This document shows positions 1-8,183 of a DNA stretch of 64,000 nucleotides, one piece after another. The notes beneath the pieces are model-generated. The model ran no database searches and was not told the origin of the DNA. It saw only the letters and a program-made list of their open reading frames with translations. How positions within the stretch are numbered: the stretch's first letter is position 1; every line of letters starts with the position of its first letter. The translations under genes and the position numbers were made by a program. The DNA is from a virus. The stretch lies in the IMG/VR virus record IMGVR_UViG_3300024981_000245; one strand, given 5' to 3'.

Positions 1-1532
1 TTGTAGACCTCTTCCCAGAAGAGCTTGCTGATCTCAGTCACCGGCTTCGTCGCGCGGGACTTGCCGACCTTCGAGCCGCCGACAACGACACCGTAGAAGT
101 TCAGGATGATGTCGGCACCGTCAACCATCGGGATGATCGCTCGGTGTGAGAAGCACAGGCTGAGGATCACCCAGCGGTTCAGGCGGTAGATCTGCTCCGA
201 GATCACGTCACGGTTTGCCTTGCGCATGACATCCATGAACTCGTCGCCCCACCAGCTCAGATTGACGACACGCGCCGCCTCCGCATCGGTCAGCAGCTTG
301 ATGCTGCGCGTCGGGAGAAGGTCGGGAACGGCTTGGACGGGAGCAGCGGGCTCCACATCGGCGAGGTACGCGCCCTCTTCGAGCACGGGGCTTCCTGCCA
401 CCTCGAGAGCGAGCTTCCACACCGCGTCGAGCGCCTCGCCGTCCGACTGCGTTGAGCGGATCCCGTTCGCGTGCTTGGCCGCCGGCGAATGCCAGGCGAG
501 CGTAGCCGCCTCAAGCGCAGTCAGCGAGGAATCGTAGGCGAGCGTCATGATGCGCCCGAGGCGGTCACGCAGCGCGGGCGCCGTAGTGACGGCAGGCAAC
601 GTCGTCCAGATGTCGATGAAGCCCGGCGTCGTCACACGGGTTGCGATCGAGACCTGATCCTGGGCGAGGATGTCGATGGGTTTGTCGGGGAAGTCTCCGA
701 ACTTGCGGATCGCTCCAGCCAGGCCCGCGTCCCAGTCGTCGCGGTAGACGGGGGTGTCGTACTCGCCGCGAAGCCACTCGCGCTTCAGGATCTCCAGAGC
801 CTCAACCGCCCCCGTTTCGCCATTCGCCGCGAGCGCGACAATCGACGCCTGGAACGAGATCAACTCGCTGTGCCCGAAGTCGCTATCGCGCGGGATGGAG
901 TTGACCACATCTGCCATCGACCACGACGGCGAGCCTTCCGGCGCGCGTTGTAACCATTCACCCACCGTGCCCGAATAGGGGCTTTCAGTGGGCTCGGCCG
1001 CCGGCGTCAGTAGCCATGCGGGCGGCTCGCCGAATGCATCGCGAGTTGCCGGAATCTCGTTGCCCCACCAGATGAAGTAGGAGGATCCACCCCGGCGGTC
1101 GACATCCTCGAGCTTGAGCCCATCGGGGGTTACGTGCCCCTTCGTTCCCGACAGGCGAACATCGCTAGGTGCCGCGTAGACATAGTGGTCACCGCCACGA
1201 TTGGTCTGATAGTGCGCGGTTTCGGGCAGGTCGTCCAGACCGTTCTCAATGAGCGTGTTCCAGCCGTCGTGCCCATCGCCCATATCAATGTCTGCTGTCA
1301 CCAAGCCAGAGCGGCCCGCATTGACGCCCACGAGCGCATCAGGCCAGCGCGACCACCACTGCTCGATCTGTCGCGCATCCGTTGTCGCTTCGAGGTGGCC
1401 TGAGCGCGTGTACGGCGTCTTCATCTCGAAGATGCGACCATCGGCACGCTCGGGCTTTTCCCGGACAGGGAAGACAGCGACGCCGATAGCCGCAAGGGCC
1501 TTGGCTTTCATCTTCGGCGTCAAGCCTTTCAC
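1..1532 (-). CDS. 5' part of primase-polymerase/helicase (full copy 58703-61219)
   Basis: Identical to 59688-61219. Confidence 0.9.
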   Translation of the reverse strand, partial: MKGLTPKMKAKALAAIGVAVFPVREKPERADGRIFEMKTPYTRSGHLEATTDARQIEQWWSRWPDALVGVNAGRSGLVTADIDMGDGHDGWNTLIENGLDDLPETAHYQTNRGGDHYVYAAPSDVRLSGTKGHVTPDGLKLEDVDRRGGSSYFIWWGNEIPATRDAFGEPPAWLLTPAAEPTESPYSGTVGEWLQRAPEGSPSWSMADVVNSIPRDSDFGHSELISFQASIVALAANGETGAVEALEILKREWLRGEYDTPVYRDDWDAGLAGAIRKFGDFPDKPIDILAQDQVSIATRVTTPGFIDIWTTLPAVTTAPALRDRLGRIMTLAYDSSLTALEAATLAWHSPAAKHANGIRSTQSDGEALDAVWKLALEVAGSPVLEEGAYLADVEPAAPVQAVPDLLPTRSIKLLTDAEAARVVNLSWWGDEFMDVMRKANRDVISEQIYRLNRWVILSLCFSHRAIIPMVDGADIILNFYGVVVGGSKVGKSRATKPVTEISKLFWEEVY

Positions 1533-1541
1533 CCTTTCCGA

Positions 1542-1553
1542 TTAGTGGACTGA
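1542..1553. promoter_or_regulatory. Operator-like motif, variant TTAGTGGACTGA
   Basis: 11/12 match, directly upstream of the prim-pol SD. Confidence 0.7.
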
Positions 1554-1562
1554 TTGGATTTG

Positions 1563-1635
1563 CTGGCTAGGCAGGACTCGAACCTGCGACCTTGGAGTTA
1601 ACGGCCCCCCGCTCTGCCATCTGAGCTACTAGCCA
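1563..1635 (-). tRNA. tRNA-Asn(GTT) (duplicate at 61250-61322)
   Basis: Hand-folded cloverleaf: acceptor TGGCTAG/CTAGCCA, D stem GCTC/GAGC, anticodon GTT, T arm GCAGG-TTCGAGT-CCTGC, discriminator G; no encoded CCA; G27-A43 mismatch. Confidence 0.9.
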
Positions 1636-1669
1636 TTGTGCGCGTTGACCAGTCGCGCCCCTGGTCGGG

Positions 1670-2290
1670 TCAGAAGCCCTTGCCGGCGCCGACGGCCGCC
1701 TGCTGGAGGCGGAGCTGCGCGATCGCCACGGGATCAGCCCCGTCCACGACGGTGGCGATCTTGGCGTCGTCCAGGCCGAGAGCGATGAGCTGTGCGGCCT
1801 GTGCCTTCTGCGCATCGTTCAGCGCGGCGGGGAAGGCGTCGGGAGCCTTGGCCTCTGCGCCGCCGCCGAGCAGGGCGTCGACGGGCGAGCCCTTGACGAT
1901 CTCGTACTTGAAGAGCTTCGGCGCGAAGCCCTTCTGCGGCTTGGGTCCGTCACCGATGTACGTCGCCGTGAAGGTGTCGCCGACCGCCGGCGCGCCCTTG
2001 GCGAGACGGCTTGCCTCGCGCAGTGCCTTGATCTTCTCGCCCCACGCGTTGATGTAGATAGCGCGCACGCCATCGTCATCCTCGTCGAGGCGCTCGGTCG
2101 TCTGGATGTTGATGACGGCCTGCTTCTTCGGGTTGCCATCGTCCCAGAACTCGGGCTTGCCAGTGTCGAAGTTGGTCGCCTGACGGGTCTCCGCGCTCGT
2201 CACGATGCCCGTGTACGAGTCGCCGATCTTCTCGAACTTGGCCGTCTTGCCGCCGCCCGCGAGGAGGGCGTCGAGGGTGTCATTGCTCAT
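1670..2290 (-). CDS. ssb: Single-stranded DNA-binding protein (phage OB-fold type)
   Basis: KFEKIGDSYTG...FWDDGNPK pattern; next to exonuclease; start reassigned to ATG 2290. Confidence 0.7.
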   Translation of the reverse strand: MSNDTLDALLAGGGKTAKFEKIGDSYTGIVTSAETRQATNFDTGKPEFWDDGNPKKQAVINIQTTERLDEDDDGVRAIYINAWGEKIKALREASRLAKGAPAVGDTFTATYIGDGPKPQKGFAPKLFKYEIVKGSPVDALLGGGAEAKAPDAFPAALNDAQKAQAAQLIALGLDDAKIATVVDGADPVAIAQLRLQQAAVGAGKGF

Positions 2291-2331
2291 TTCTGATCTC
2301 CTTGATCTCTCGTTCTTCCTTGGTTCACCCT

Positions 2332-3054
2332 CTAGACGCCGAGCAGCGCTTCGAGGGAGTCTGTGTTCCCGGCCGTTTCGGACCAGTCGGGATACTTCTT
2401 GCAGTTGAAGCAATCGGGGTCACGCGGCAAGCCGCTGATCCAGTCGTCGCGCTCTTCGATTGTCGAGAAGGCGCGGATGTCGGCGACGATGCTCTCGGCG
2501 CGGTCAAGCGCTTCAAGCGCAATAAGGGGCTGGAAATCCTCTTCCCACCAGTAGCCCTGGCGAAGCGTCATGGCGTTGCGGGGCATGTACCAAACGGCAA
2601 CGCGATGCACCTCACGGCCAGCGCGGAGATGCCCCAATCCGTAGCTGTGCCCCTGGGTGCGGTACTGCGGGCTCGGGCCACGCTTAGCTTTGCGCAGGGT
2701 CGTGGCGCCGACGATCTTGAAATCGACCGATGTCCCGGTGGGGATGTGGAAGAGGTCTGCCGTTCCGGGAAGATCACGACCCGCAAGCTTGCCAACGGAA
2801 ACGCGAGTCTCCGTAAGCCAGTCGGGCAGGGGCTCGAAGACGCGCTCGAGCTGCGCGTGCATGGCGGTGCCAATGTACGGCAGCCACGCCGCCTCGGGCT
2901 GCTGTTCCCATCCAGCCAATTTCGCCGCGACACAATGCAGGCACGCAGATCCGATCTCTGAGGGACCTATGTGCTCCTGGAGGTTTCGCGGCTGCTGCAT
3001 CATGGCCTGCTCGACAATGTCGATGGCGAGATCGTAGACGGGATACTTGCTCAC
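2332..3054 (-). CDS. Cas4-like PD-(D/E)xK exonuclease
   Basis: IGPSEIGSACLHC, GTADL, VDFK, Q..SY, C-terminal CFNCKKY. Confidence 0.8.
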   Translation of the reverse strand: MSKYPVYDLAIDIVEQAMMQQPRNLQEHIGPSEIGSACLHCVAAKLAGWEQQPEAAWLPYIGTAMHAQLERVFEPLPDWLTETRVSVGKLAGRDLPGTADLFHIPTGTSVDFKIVGATTLRKAKRGPSPQYRTQGHSYGLGHLRAGREVHRVAVWYMPRNAMTLRQGYWWEEDFQPLIALEALDRAESIVADIRAFSTIEERDDWISGLPRDPDCFNCKKYPDWSETAGNTDSLEALLGV

Positions 3055-3287
3055 GGGTTCCGAGCCTCTCGGGCTCGTGCTCGGCGCAACTGCTCTGGTG
3101 TTGCATGGCCGCCCTTGATGCACCGCTCATCGAATGCGCGCTCTTCGTAGGCGGTGCGAACCATGTAGTCAATCTCTTCTGGAATGAAGCCGTGTGCAAG
3201 CATGCGAGCGCCAATGCCGAGGGCTCGCACCGCATCGTCAGGGCGTAGACCGAGCTGCTCGGCGACTTGTTCGAGTTTGACGGTCAT
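3051..3287 (-). CDS. Hypothetical protein
   Basis: Coupled ORF MTVKLEQ... Confidence 0.6.
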   Translation of the reverse strand: MTVKLEQVAEQLGLRPDDAVRALGIGARMLAHGFIPEEIDYMVRTAYEERAFDERCIKGGHATPEQLRRARAREARNP

Positions 3288-3463
3288 CCTGGCTGCTCTC
3301 CTGAGATGCAAAGCGGGTTGATGCAGTCCCACCACGAAAGCGTTGTGGTCGCCGGGACCATGAGGGCGCGGCACGCGGGGCAAAGAACGCCGTACTCGAG
3401 GGCCTCTTCGAGGAGGGTATCCCGGCCGATCGGCGCGATCGAGAGCGGAGCATTGATGGTCAT
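3284..3463 (-). CDS. Small zinc-finger protein (59 aa)
   Basis: Hand-translated MTINAPL...CPAC...CINPLC; coupled at both ends. Confidence 0.55.
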   Translation of the reverse strand: MTINAPLSIAPIGRDTLLEEALEYGVLCPACRALMVPATTTLSWWDCINPLCISGEQPG

Positions 3464-3744
3464 GGCTTCAGCTCCCCCTTCTCGTGATCCCAGTAGCAGC
3501 CGGGTTCGCGGTATTTGTTCAGCTCAGGGTCATCCGGCCATGTGCACAGCGGGCCCGGCTCGTGCTTGACAAGGTCCGGTCGGCAATCCTCGACCCAGTG
3601 CCGCTTGCCGTTGAACTCGTAGTCGTCATGCGTCAAGTCCTGCCCACAGAAGTGGCAGCGGTGATCGGCGTAGTTGCAGCGGTCACAGATCTCGTAGTAC
3701 GGCAGGCCGGAATCCGGCTCGATGTCGCCTGAACGGATGGGCAT
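3460..3744 (-). CDS. Cys/His-rich hypothetical protein
   Basis: CDRC, CHFC motifs. Confidence 0.6.
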   Translation of the reverse strand: MPIRSGDIEPDSGLPYYEICDRCNYADHRCHFCGQDLTHDDYEFNGKRHWVEDCRPDLVKHEPGPLCTWPDDPELNKYREPGCYWDHEKGELKP

Positions 3745-4082
3745 CAAGACACCTTCACGCTCGGGCTTGTCTCGACTTCATACTTCTTCAGCTCAATCGG
3801 CGAGAAGTGCTCCCGAACTGCGGGGACGTTGATGACCGGCTTGAAAAGATGAGGGTACTGCGTGACCGGAAAGCGCTCCTCGAGGCGCTTGGTGTCCAGG
3901 CGGCGCGACGTGGAGATGCTGACTGTCCAGTCGCCAGCCTCCGTCTTGCCCATTGGGGTGTTCTCGATGATCTGCGCGATGAGGGCTGCTTCCTCGGACT
4001 TGAGATCCTCGATGCGACCCCGGACGGTCGCGAGCCGTGCTGCGGCTTCTGCCCTGTTGAACGTTGTGGTGGCAGTGGTCAT
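3744..4082 (-). CDS. Hypothetical protein with coiled-coil N-terminus
   Basis: Strong SD, phage-like codon usage. Confidence 0.7.
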   Translation of the reverse strand: MTTATTTFNRAEAAARLATVRGRIEDLKSEEAALIAQIIENTPMGKTEAGDWTVSISTSRRLDTKRLEERFPVTQYPHLFKPVINVPAVREHFSPIELKKYEVETSPSVKVS

Positions 4083-4136
4083 TGCCTTCTCCTCTCCTTG
4101 GCTCCCTGGTTGGTGGTGGTTACCACCGTACCAGGA

Positions 4137-4148
4137 TTAGTGGACTAA
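4137..4148. promoter_or_regulatory. Operator TTAGTGGACTAA
   Basis: Exact; just upstream of a TACGGT -10 on the minus strand. Confidence 0.85.
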
Positions 4149-4324
4149 TTCTGTAGTTGGGGTGCGGTGCACGAAGCACCCCAAGATGTAGTGGTCGAAG
4201 ACGGGGACACCGCTGTCCCCTACGCCCTCCTTCTGCGCTTGTACCCCATCTGCGTGCTCCTCCTTACGATTAGTGGGCAGTTCTGACGCGTCTAACTCTA
4301 CGCATTCAGGCCACTTAGTGCAAG

Positions 4325-4336
4325 TTAGTCCACTAA
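4325..4336. promoter_or_regulatory. Operator TTAGTCCACTAA
   Basis: Exact, intergenic downstream of whiB. Confidence 0.85.
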
Positions 4337-4343
4337 TTTCTTC

Positions 4344-4631
4344 CTATGAATCATGCGGGCCCTGAGCCTGACGGCCCGCCACCCACACTCCCCCACCCCA
4401 CACTCCCCACTGCACGCGCCTCTTGCGGGCGTGCTCGGCGCACAGCAGAAGCAGCGGACACGGCTCACACAGCGCCGCAGCCGTCTCCGCATCAGGCAGC
4501 GGATAGTCGTAGTCGGCGTAGTACTTCGCCTTGTCGGCGCAGTACGGCTGCGGGAAGCGCTCCGGCTGCGAGTGAGCGAACTCCAGCGCCAGCTCGAAGT
4601 CTGTCTGTGCGGCCTTCTTACCCTTGCCCAT
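4344..4631 (-). CDS. whiB: WhiB-family transcription factor
   Basis: Four-Cys pattern C..CEPCPLLLLC and GVWGG motif. Confidence 0.9.
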   Translation of the reverse strand: MGKGKKAAQTDFELALEFAHSQPERFPQPYCADKAKYYADYDYPLPDAETAAALCEPCPLLLLCAEHARKRRVQWGVWGGGVWVAGRQAQGPHDS

Positions 4632-5138
4632 CTAGACCTTCTCCTTCTTCGGGTGAAACTGCCTGTGCAGCTCGAGCAACTCGGGGCTTCGGCGAATGGC
4701 GCTCCATGTGCGCTTCCACTCGAGCACGGCGTCTGCTGGCCGGTGAGCGTTGACGTCGAAGCGCTCGCGCAGATGGATGCCGCTACGCCCAATGTCCTCA
4801 GCGATGAAGGAGATCGGCATCCCCTCCTCAACCAGGGCGTAAATGCGCTCCAGCTCTTGCGGCGTGTACGGCTTCGCAACACGCGTGCGCATGTTCTCGA
4901 AAGCGCGGTCGACGGTCTTCTCGTTGACGCCAAGGTGCTCCGCAACTTGCTTGCGCGTCATCCCGCCGGCCACCAGCGAAAGAACATGGCGATCGCGAAT
5001 AGCCCGGCGGATGCTGGCAGCGTGGTTGCCGCCCGGAGGGAAGCGAATACCTCTTGCCTTCAGCTCAGCGGCGATATCCGCCTCGGCGAGACCGCCATCG
5101 TAGAGCGCGAGGATCAGTTCTCGGACTTGAAGATCCAC
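4632..5138 (-). CDS. Helix-turn-helix DNA-binding protein
   Basis: GMTRKQVAEHLGVNEKTV plus a second HTH-like segment. Confidence 0.7.
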   Translation of the reverse strand: MDLQVRELILALYDGGLAEADIAAELKARGIRFPPGGNHAASIRRAIRDRHVLSLVAGGMTRKQVAEHLGVNEKTVDRAFENMRTRVAKPYTPQELERIYALVEEGMPISFIAEDIGRSGIHLRERFDVNAHRPADAVLEWKRTWSAIRRSPELLELHRQFHPKKEKV

Positions 5139-5341
5139 GTTGCCTCCTCTTCTTCAACCGGGGTGATCGGCGTACACAGCGAAGCCACCCAGGAGGCACG
5201 CTGCCCGTCTGTCGTCTCGATGATGACGGTCGGCGTATCGGCATATGCGATCACACGGCCAGTCATGAAGACACCGCTCCCCTGTGCGAAGCGAGCTTCA
5301 ACCGGCTGGGCATCTTGTACCCACTTCCTGTAGTCGGTCAC
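5114..5341 (-). CDS. Hypothetical protein
   Basis: Coupled ORF. Confidence 0.55.
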   Translation of the reverse strand: MTDYRKWVQDAQPVEARFAQGSGVFMTGRVIAYADTPTVIIETTDGQRASWVASLCTPITPVEEEEATWIFKSEN

Positions 5342-5940
5342 TTCTCTTGCTCCCGCCCTTCCGAATAGTGATCGGGGCAGAATGAGCCCTCGTGTTTGCT
5401 GGACGGATCACCGCACCCTCGGCAGTACCCCTCCAGACGGTCTGACCTGAGCGGAACGTAAGTGCCCGCTATGTCAGTGGTCATCAACCGTTCCGCCGCA
5501 CGCTGACCGTAGGCGACGAGGCAAGACGGCGCGCCACTGTTCGCAGCGGCGCGCGTGCCGTCAGCCTTATGGAAGTAGAGCCGCCCATGAAGGAACAGCA
5601 CGCCCGTGGCCTTCTCCCAGACTTGCTTGACGAACCCTGCCGTCTCGGTCCGTGCGAAGATCAGTGCAATGCCGTCTCCGTGTGTAGCGAGCTTGTCGAG
5701 CCAGGTCCACGCTGCGAAGCTGTACGGCGGATTGAGCCAGACATGCCCATCCCACTCGGCCGCGAGGCCGTCCTCGGGAAGCTCTATGTGGCGGCTCGCT
5801 GTCGGCCATGGGCGCGGTGACGGTGCAGCGCACGGATCGAGATCGAAAGGTCCAAGCTTCTCGATTAGATCCGGTGGCGTCAGCCACGTCGTCGTCTCCG
5901 CACGAGCGGATTGGTGAGATCCCATCGCCCTTCCGCTCAT
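5338..5940 (-). CDS. Phage DNA N6-adenine methyltransferase (Dam-type)
   Basis: WLTP, FDLDPCA and catalytic WLNPPY motifs. Confidence 0.85.
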   Translation of the reverse strand: MSGRAMGSHQSARAETTTWLTPPDLIEKLGPFDLDPCAAPSPRPWPTASRHIELPEDGLAAEWDGHVWLNPPYSFAAWTWLDKLATHGDGIALIFARTETAGFVKQVWEKATGVLFLHGRLYFHKADGTRAAANSGAPSCLVAYGQRAAERLMTTDIAGTYVPLRSDRLEGYCRGCGDPSSKHEGSFCPDHYSEGREQEK

Positions 5941-6116
5941 CACTCGCTCCTGCCTTTTGTGTGGTTGGTCATCATCCATGAGGCTCCGGCTTGGAACGCG
6001 CCACGGAGCATCGCACGAATCTCGGCACGAGTGAAGGTGAGCCCGAAGTCGTCGTCGGGACGGTCCGGGTAACGACGCTCCGACTCAGCCTTCGCCACGG
6101 TGAACGGGTCAGGCAT
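5940..6116 (-). CDS. Hypothetical protein
   Basis: Coupled ORF MPDPFTV... Confidence 0.55.
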   Translation of the reverse strand: MPDPFTVAKAESERRYPDRPDDDFGLTFTRAEIRAMLRGAFQAGASWMMTNHTKGRSE

Positions 6117-6489
6117 CAGCAGCCTCCCGGTTCGCGAGTTCGAGCAGCACCTCGGCGTGGCACGGCCGGTCGAGGGGGCAGAAGCACATGAGGTTCTTCC
6201 CGCGCAGTCGGGCAATCTCGGCGCGGGTCGGGATGAACGGACAGTTCGGCTCCGACACCCATGTGCGGCCCTCAACTGCGTCCCGGTACAGCTCGACGGC
6301 ATGTGCGCGATCCCGGACGATCACGCTCTGGCGCTTCGAGTGGTCGACAATTACGTTCGTCGCATCGTTCACGATTGCGCGGTCGCCGATACGGAATGGG
6401 TTGCCGTAGCGGCTAGGCCGCGCGACGCTCACGGTGTTCTCCGGTTTCCGCCAACCCCTCGTACGGCGTTGCTGGATGCGTTCAGGCAT
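6109..6489 (-). CDS. DUF4326-like protein
   Basis: RIQ.RRT.GWRKP, RPSRYGNPF, LRGKNLMCFCP...CHAEVL. Confidence 0.8.
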   Translation of the reverse strand: MPERIQQRRTRGWRKPENTVSVARPSRYGNPFRIGDRAIVNDATNVIVDHSKRQSVIVRDRAHAVELYRDAVEGRTWVSEPNCPFIPTRAEIARLRGKNLMCFCPLDRPCHAEVLLELANREAADA

Positions 6490-6727
6490 TGTTGTTCTCC
6501 TGCTCCTTGCGGTACGGGTTGTCGGCATGCGCGGCCCGCTTCATCTCGCCGCCGAGCACCGCCTCGAGATGGTCGACGCAGGCCGCCCATGCGCGTTCAG
6601 CGACCAGACGGTCATGCTCAGCCATCCAACGATCGAAGATCTCGCCCCTTTCACTCTGAGCGCTGTCGATGAACATGCACAAGTACATGCGCCGGATGTC
6701 CTCTGTCGTCGGTTCGTGGTAGCTCAC
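6482..6727 (-). CDS. Hypothetical protein
   Basis: FDRWMAEHDR...AW motif common in actinophages. Confidence 0.6.
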   Translation of the reverse strand: MSYHEPTTEDIRRMYLCMFIDSAQSERGEIFDRWMAEHDRLVAERAWAACVDHLEAVLGGEMKRAAHADNPYRKEQENNNA

Positions 6728-7368
6728 GCTTCTCCCTCCCGTACCTGACGAGCACGCTCACGAAGCCAGCGGCGGACTGAGTACGTTGAGGTGTGCCCAC
6801 TCGACTCTGTCCCGAGGGCCTCACGGGCCTCGTGCGCCAGCGACTCGATCAGTGCCGCGTCATGGTTGCGCACCCACTCCCGGTAGAACGCCTGCGTGGC
6901 CTCGTCGCCGTCCACGTCCGCGAGATACACGGTCAACATGGCAAGACGCGCCTGACCGACATGGACGAGCTTCAACCGTTCGACTTCAGCAGCGAGGGCG
7001 TCGCGTTCCCGCTCGAGGTCAGCAACCTCAGACTTGCGCCCCCGCACGTGTTCCTCCGCGACCTCCAGCCGGGCCAGGAGAGCGAGCACGGTCGGCGGAT
7101 CGAACGTGGCGATGTGGGTGGCGTCGGCGGGGTCGAAGACATCGCCTCCGTGGTCGTCCCACGTCAGGCACTTGCTTGGGGTTGTCACGCTCGCCTGTGG
7201 AACCTGCGTCCCGTCTTTGTCCCAAATGACTCCCTCGACCGCATTCCACGGTCCCGGCGTTGCGGCTTCTGCGATTCCCCGCAGTACGGACAGATCAAGA
7301 TCAACCACGTCGCGCTCCCTCCATGCCTCGTGCATCTCATTGGTCGTAGGCGTGCAGTCAGAAGTCAT
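6724..7368 (-). CDS. Ead/Ea22-like protein
   Basis: AEAATPGPW...ATHIATFDPPTVLALL. Confidence 0.6.
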   Translation of the reverse strand: MTSDCTPTTNEMHEAWRERDVVDLDLSVLRGIAEAATPGPWNAVEGVIWDKDGTQVPQASVTTPSKCLTWDDHGGDVFDPADATHIATFDPPTVLALLARLEVAEEHVRGRKSEVADLERERDALAAEVERLKLVHVGQARLAMLTVYLADVDGDEATQAFYREWVRNHDAALIESLAHEAREALGTESSGHTSTYSVRRWLRERARQVREGEA

Positions 7369-8131
7369 CGTCAGCCTCCATGTAGGGGTTGAGTGGCGTC
7401 TCCAGGGCGCCGTCCAAGTAGCCGAATCGCTCGCTGGCGTCCCAGCCTTCTCGCCACGCCTGCGCCTTCACCTCACGGAGAGCGTCAGCGGGGGCGGCCG
7501 ACAGAGCCTTCATGACTGGCTCCTTGTGGTGGCTGTAGCCCGTCACTTGCCCGGCTATCTGCGCCTTCTCGATCACGGCGGCGAGATTGTCGCGTTCCCG
7601 CTCAGCCTCGGCAACCCGGGCATCAGCGATATCGGCTTCCTGCTCCATCTCGCGGCGATACTCCGACACCAGGTGAAGGGTGATGCCGACCGGATCGGTG
7701 ATTGGGGGTTGATCCCGGACCAGGACCGTGAGCGGTCCGAAGTAGTCGCGAGCGGTCCGCGCCCCATCGGTGTCCTCACCGATAGCTGCGACCACGCGGA
7801 AGAGACCTTCCTCCGCTGCGGCGAGGCGTTCCTGGAGTTCATCGCGCTCGGCGACGACGGAGTTGTACGAGTCGCGGCGCATCCACTCGACCCGCCCCGC
7901 CCGATGTGCGCCACCGTGCCCGTGCGGCAGCTCGCATTTCGGCGGCATCGGCGCGCACTCGCCCTCAGGGACGGGCAGCGTCATGCCCTCGTCCCAGCAT
8001 GACCCCTGCTCGTCGCGTTCCTTCACGAGCGCTTCGATAGCGTCAGCGAGCGCGTTGATCAGCGGCCCCTTGCTCACCCCGTGGCGCGGCCACACCCGAG
8101 CATCCGCGATCAGATCCGCGTAATTGTTCAT
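7358..8131 (-). CDS. Hypothetical coiled-coil protein
   Basis: Strong SD, 257 aa. Confidence 0.7.
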   Translation of the reverse strand: MNNYADLIADARVWPRHGVSKGPLINALADAIEALVKERDEQGSCWDEGMTLPVPEGECAPMPPKCELPHGHGGAHRAGRVEWMRRDSYNSVVAERDELQERLAAAEEGLFRVVAAIGEDTDGARTARDYFGPLTVLVRDQPPITDPVGITLHLVSEYRREMEQEADIADARVAEAERERDNLAAVIEKAQIAGQVTGYSHHKEPVMKALSAAPADALREVKAQAWREGWDASERFGYLDGALETPLNPYMEADDDF

Positions 8132-8161
8132 GACTCTCCCTCCTTCTTGAATCGTATCCGT

Positions 8162-8173
8162 TTAGTCCACTAA
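8162..8173. promoter_or_regulatory. Operator TTAGTCCACTAA
   Basis: Exact, intergenic upstream of 8131. Confidence 0.85.
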
Positions 8174-8183
8174 TCCGCTACCA

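Noticed and set aside
2332-3054. Cas4-like gene plus many short repeats as a CRISPR system
   Set aside because: Repeats are 12 bp, dispersed and promoter-linked, with no spacer array or cas1/cas2; the nuclease sits with ssb as a typical phage recombination exonuclease
4632-5138. HTH gene (and 58323-58706) as the immunity repressor
   Set aside because: Both are internal, translationally coupled members of lytic operons with no own promoter; less likely than the DGQHR gene, but not excluded
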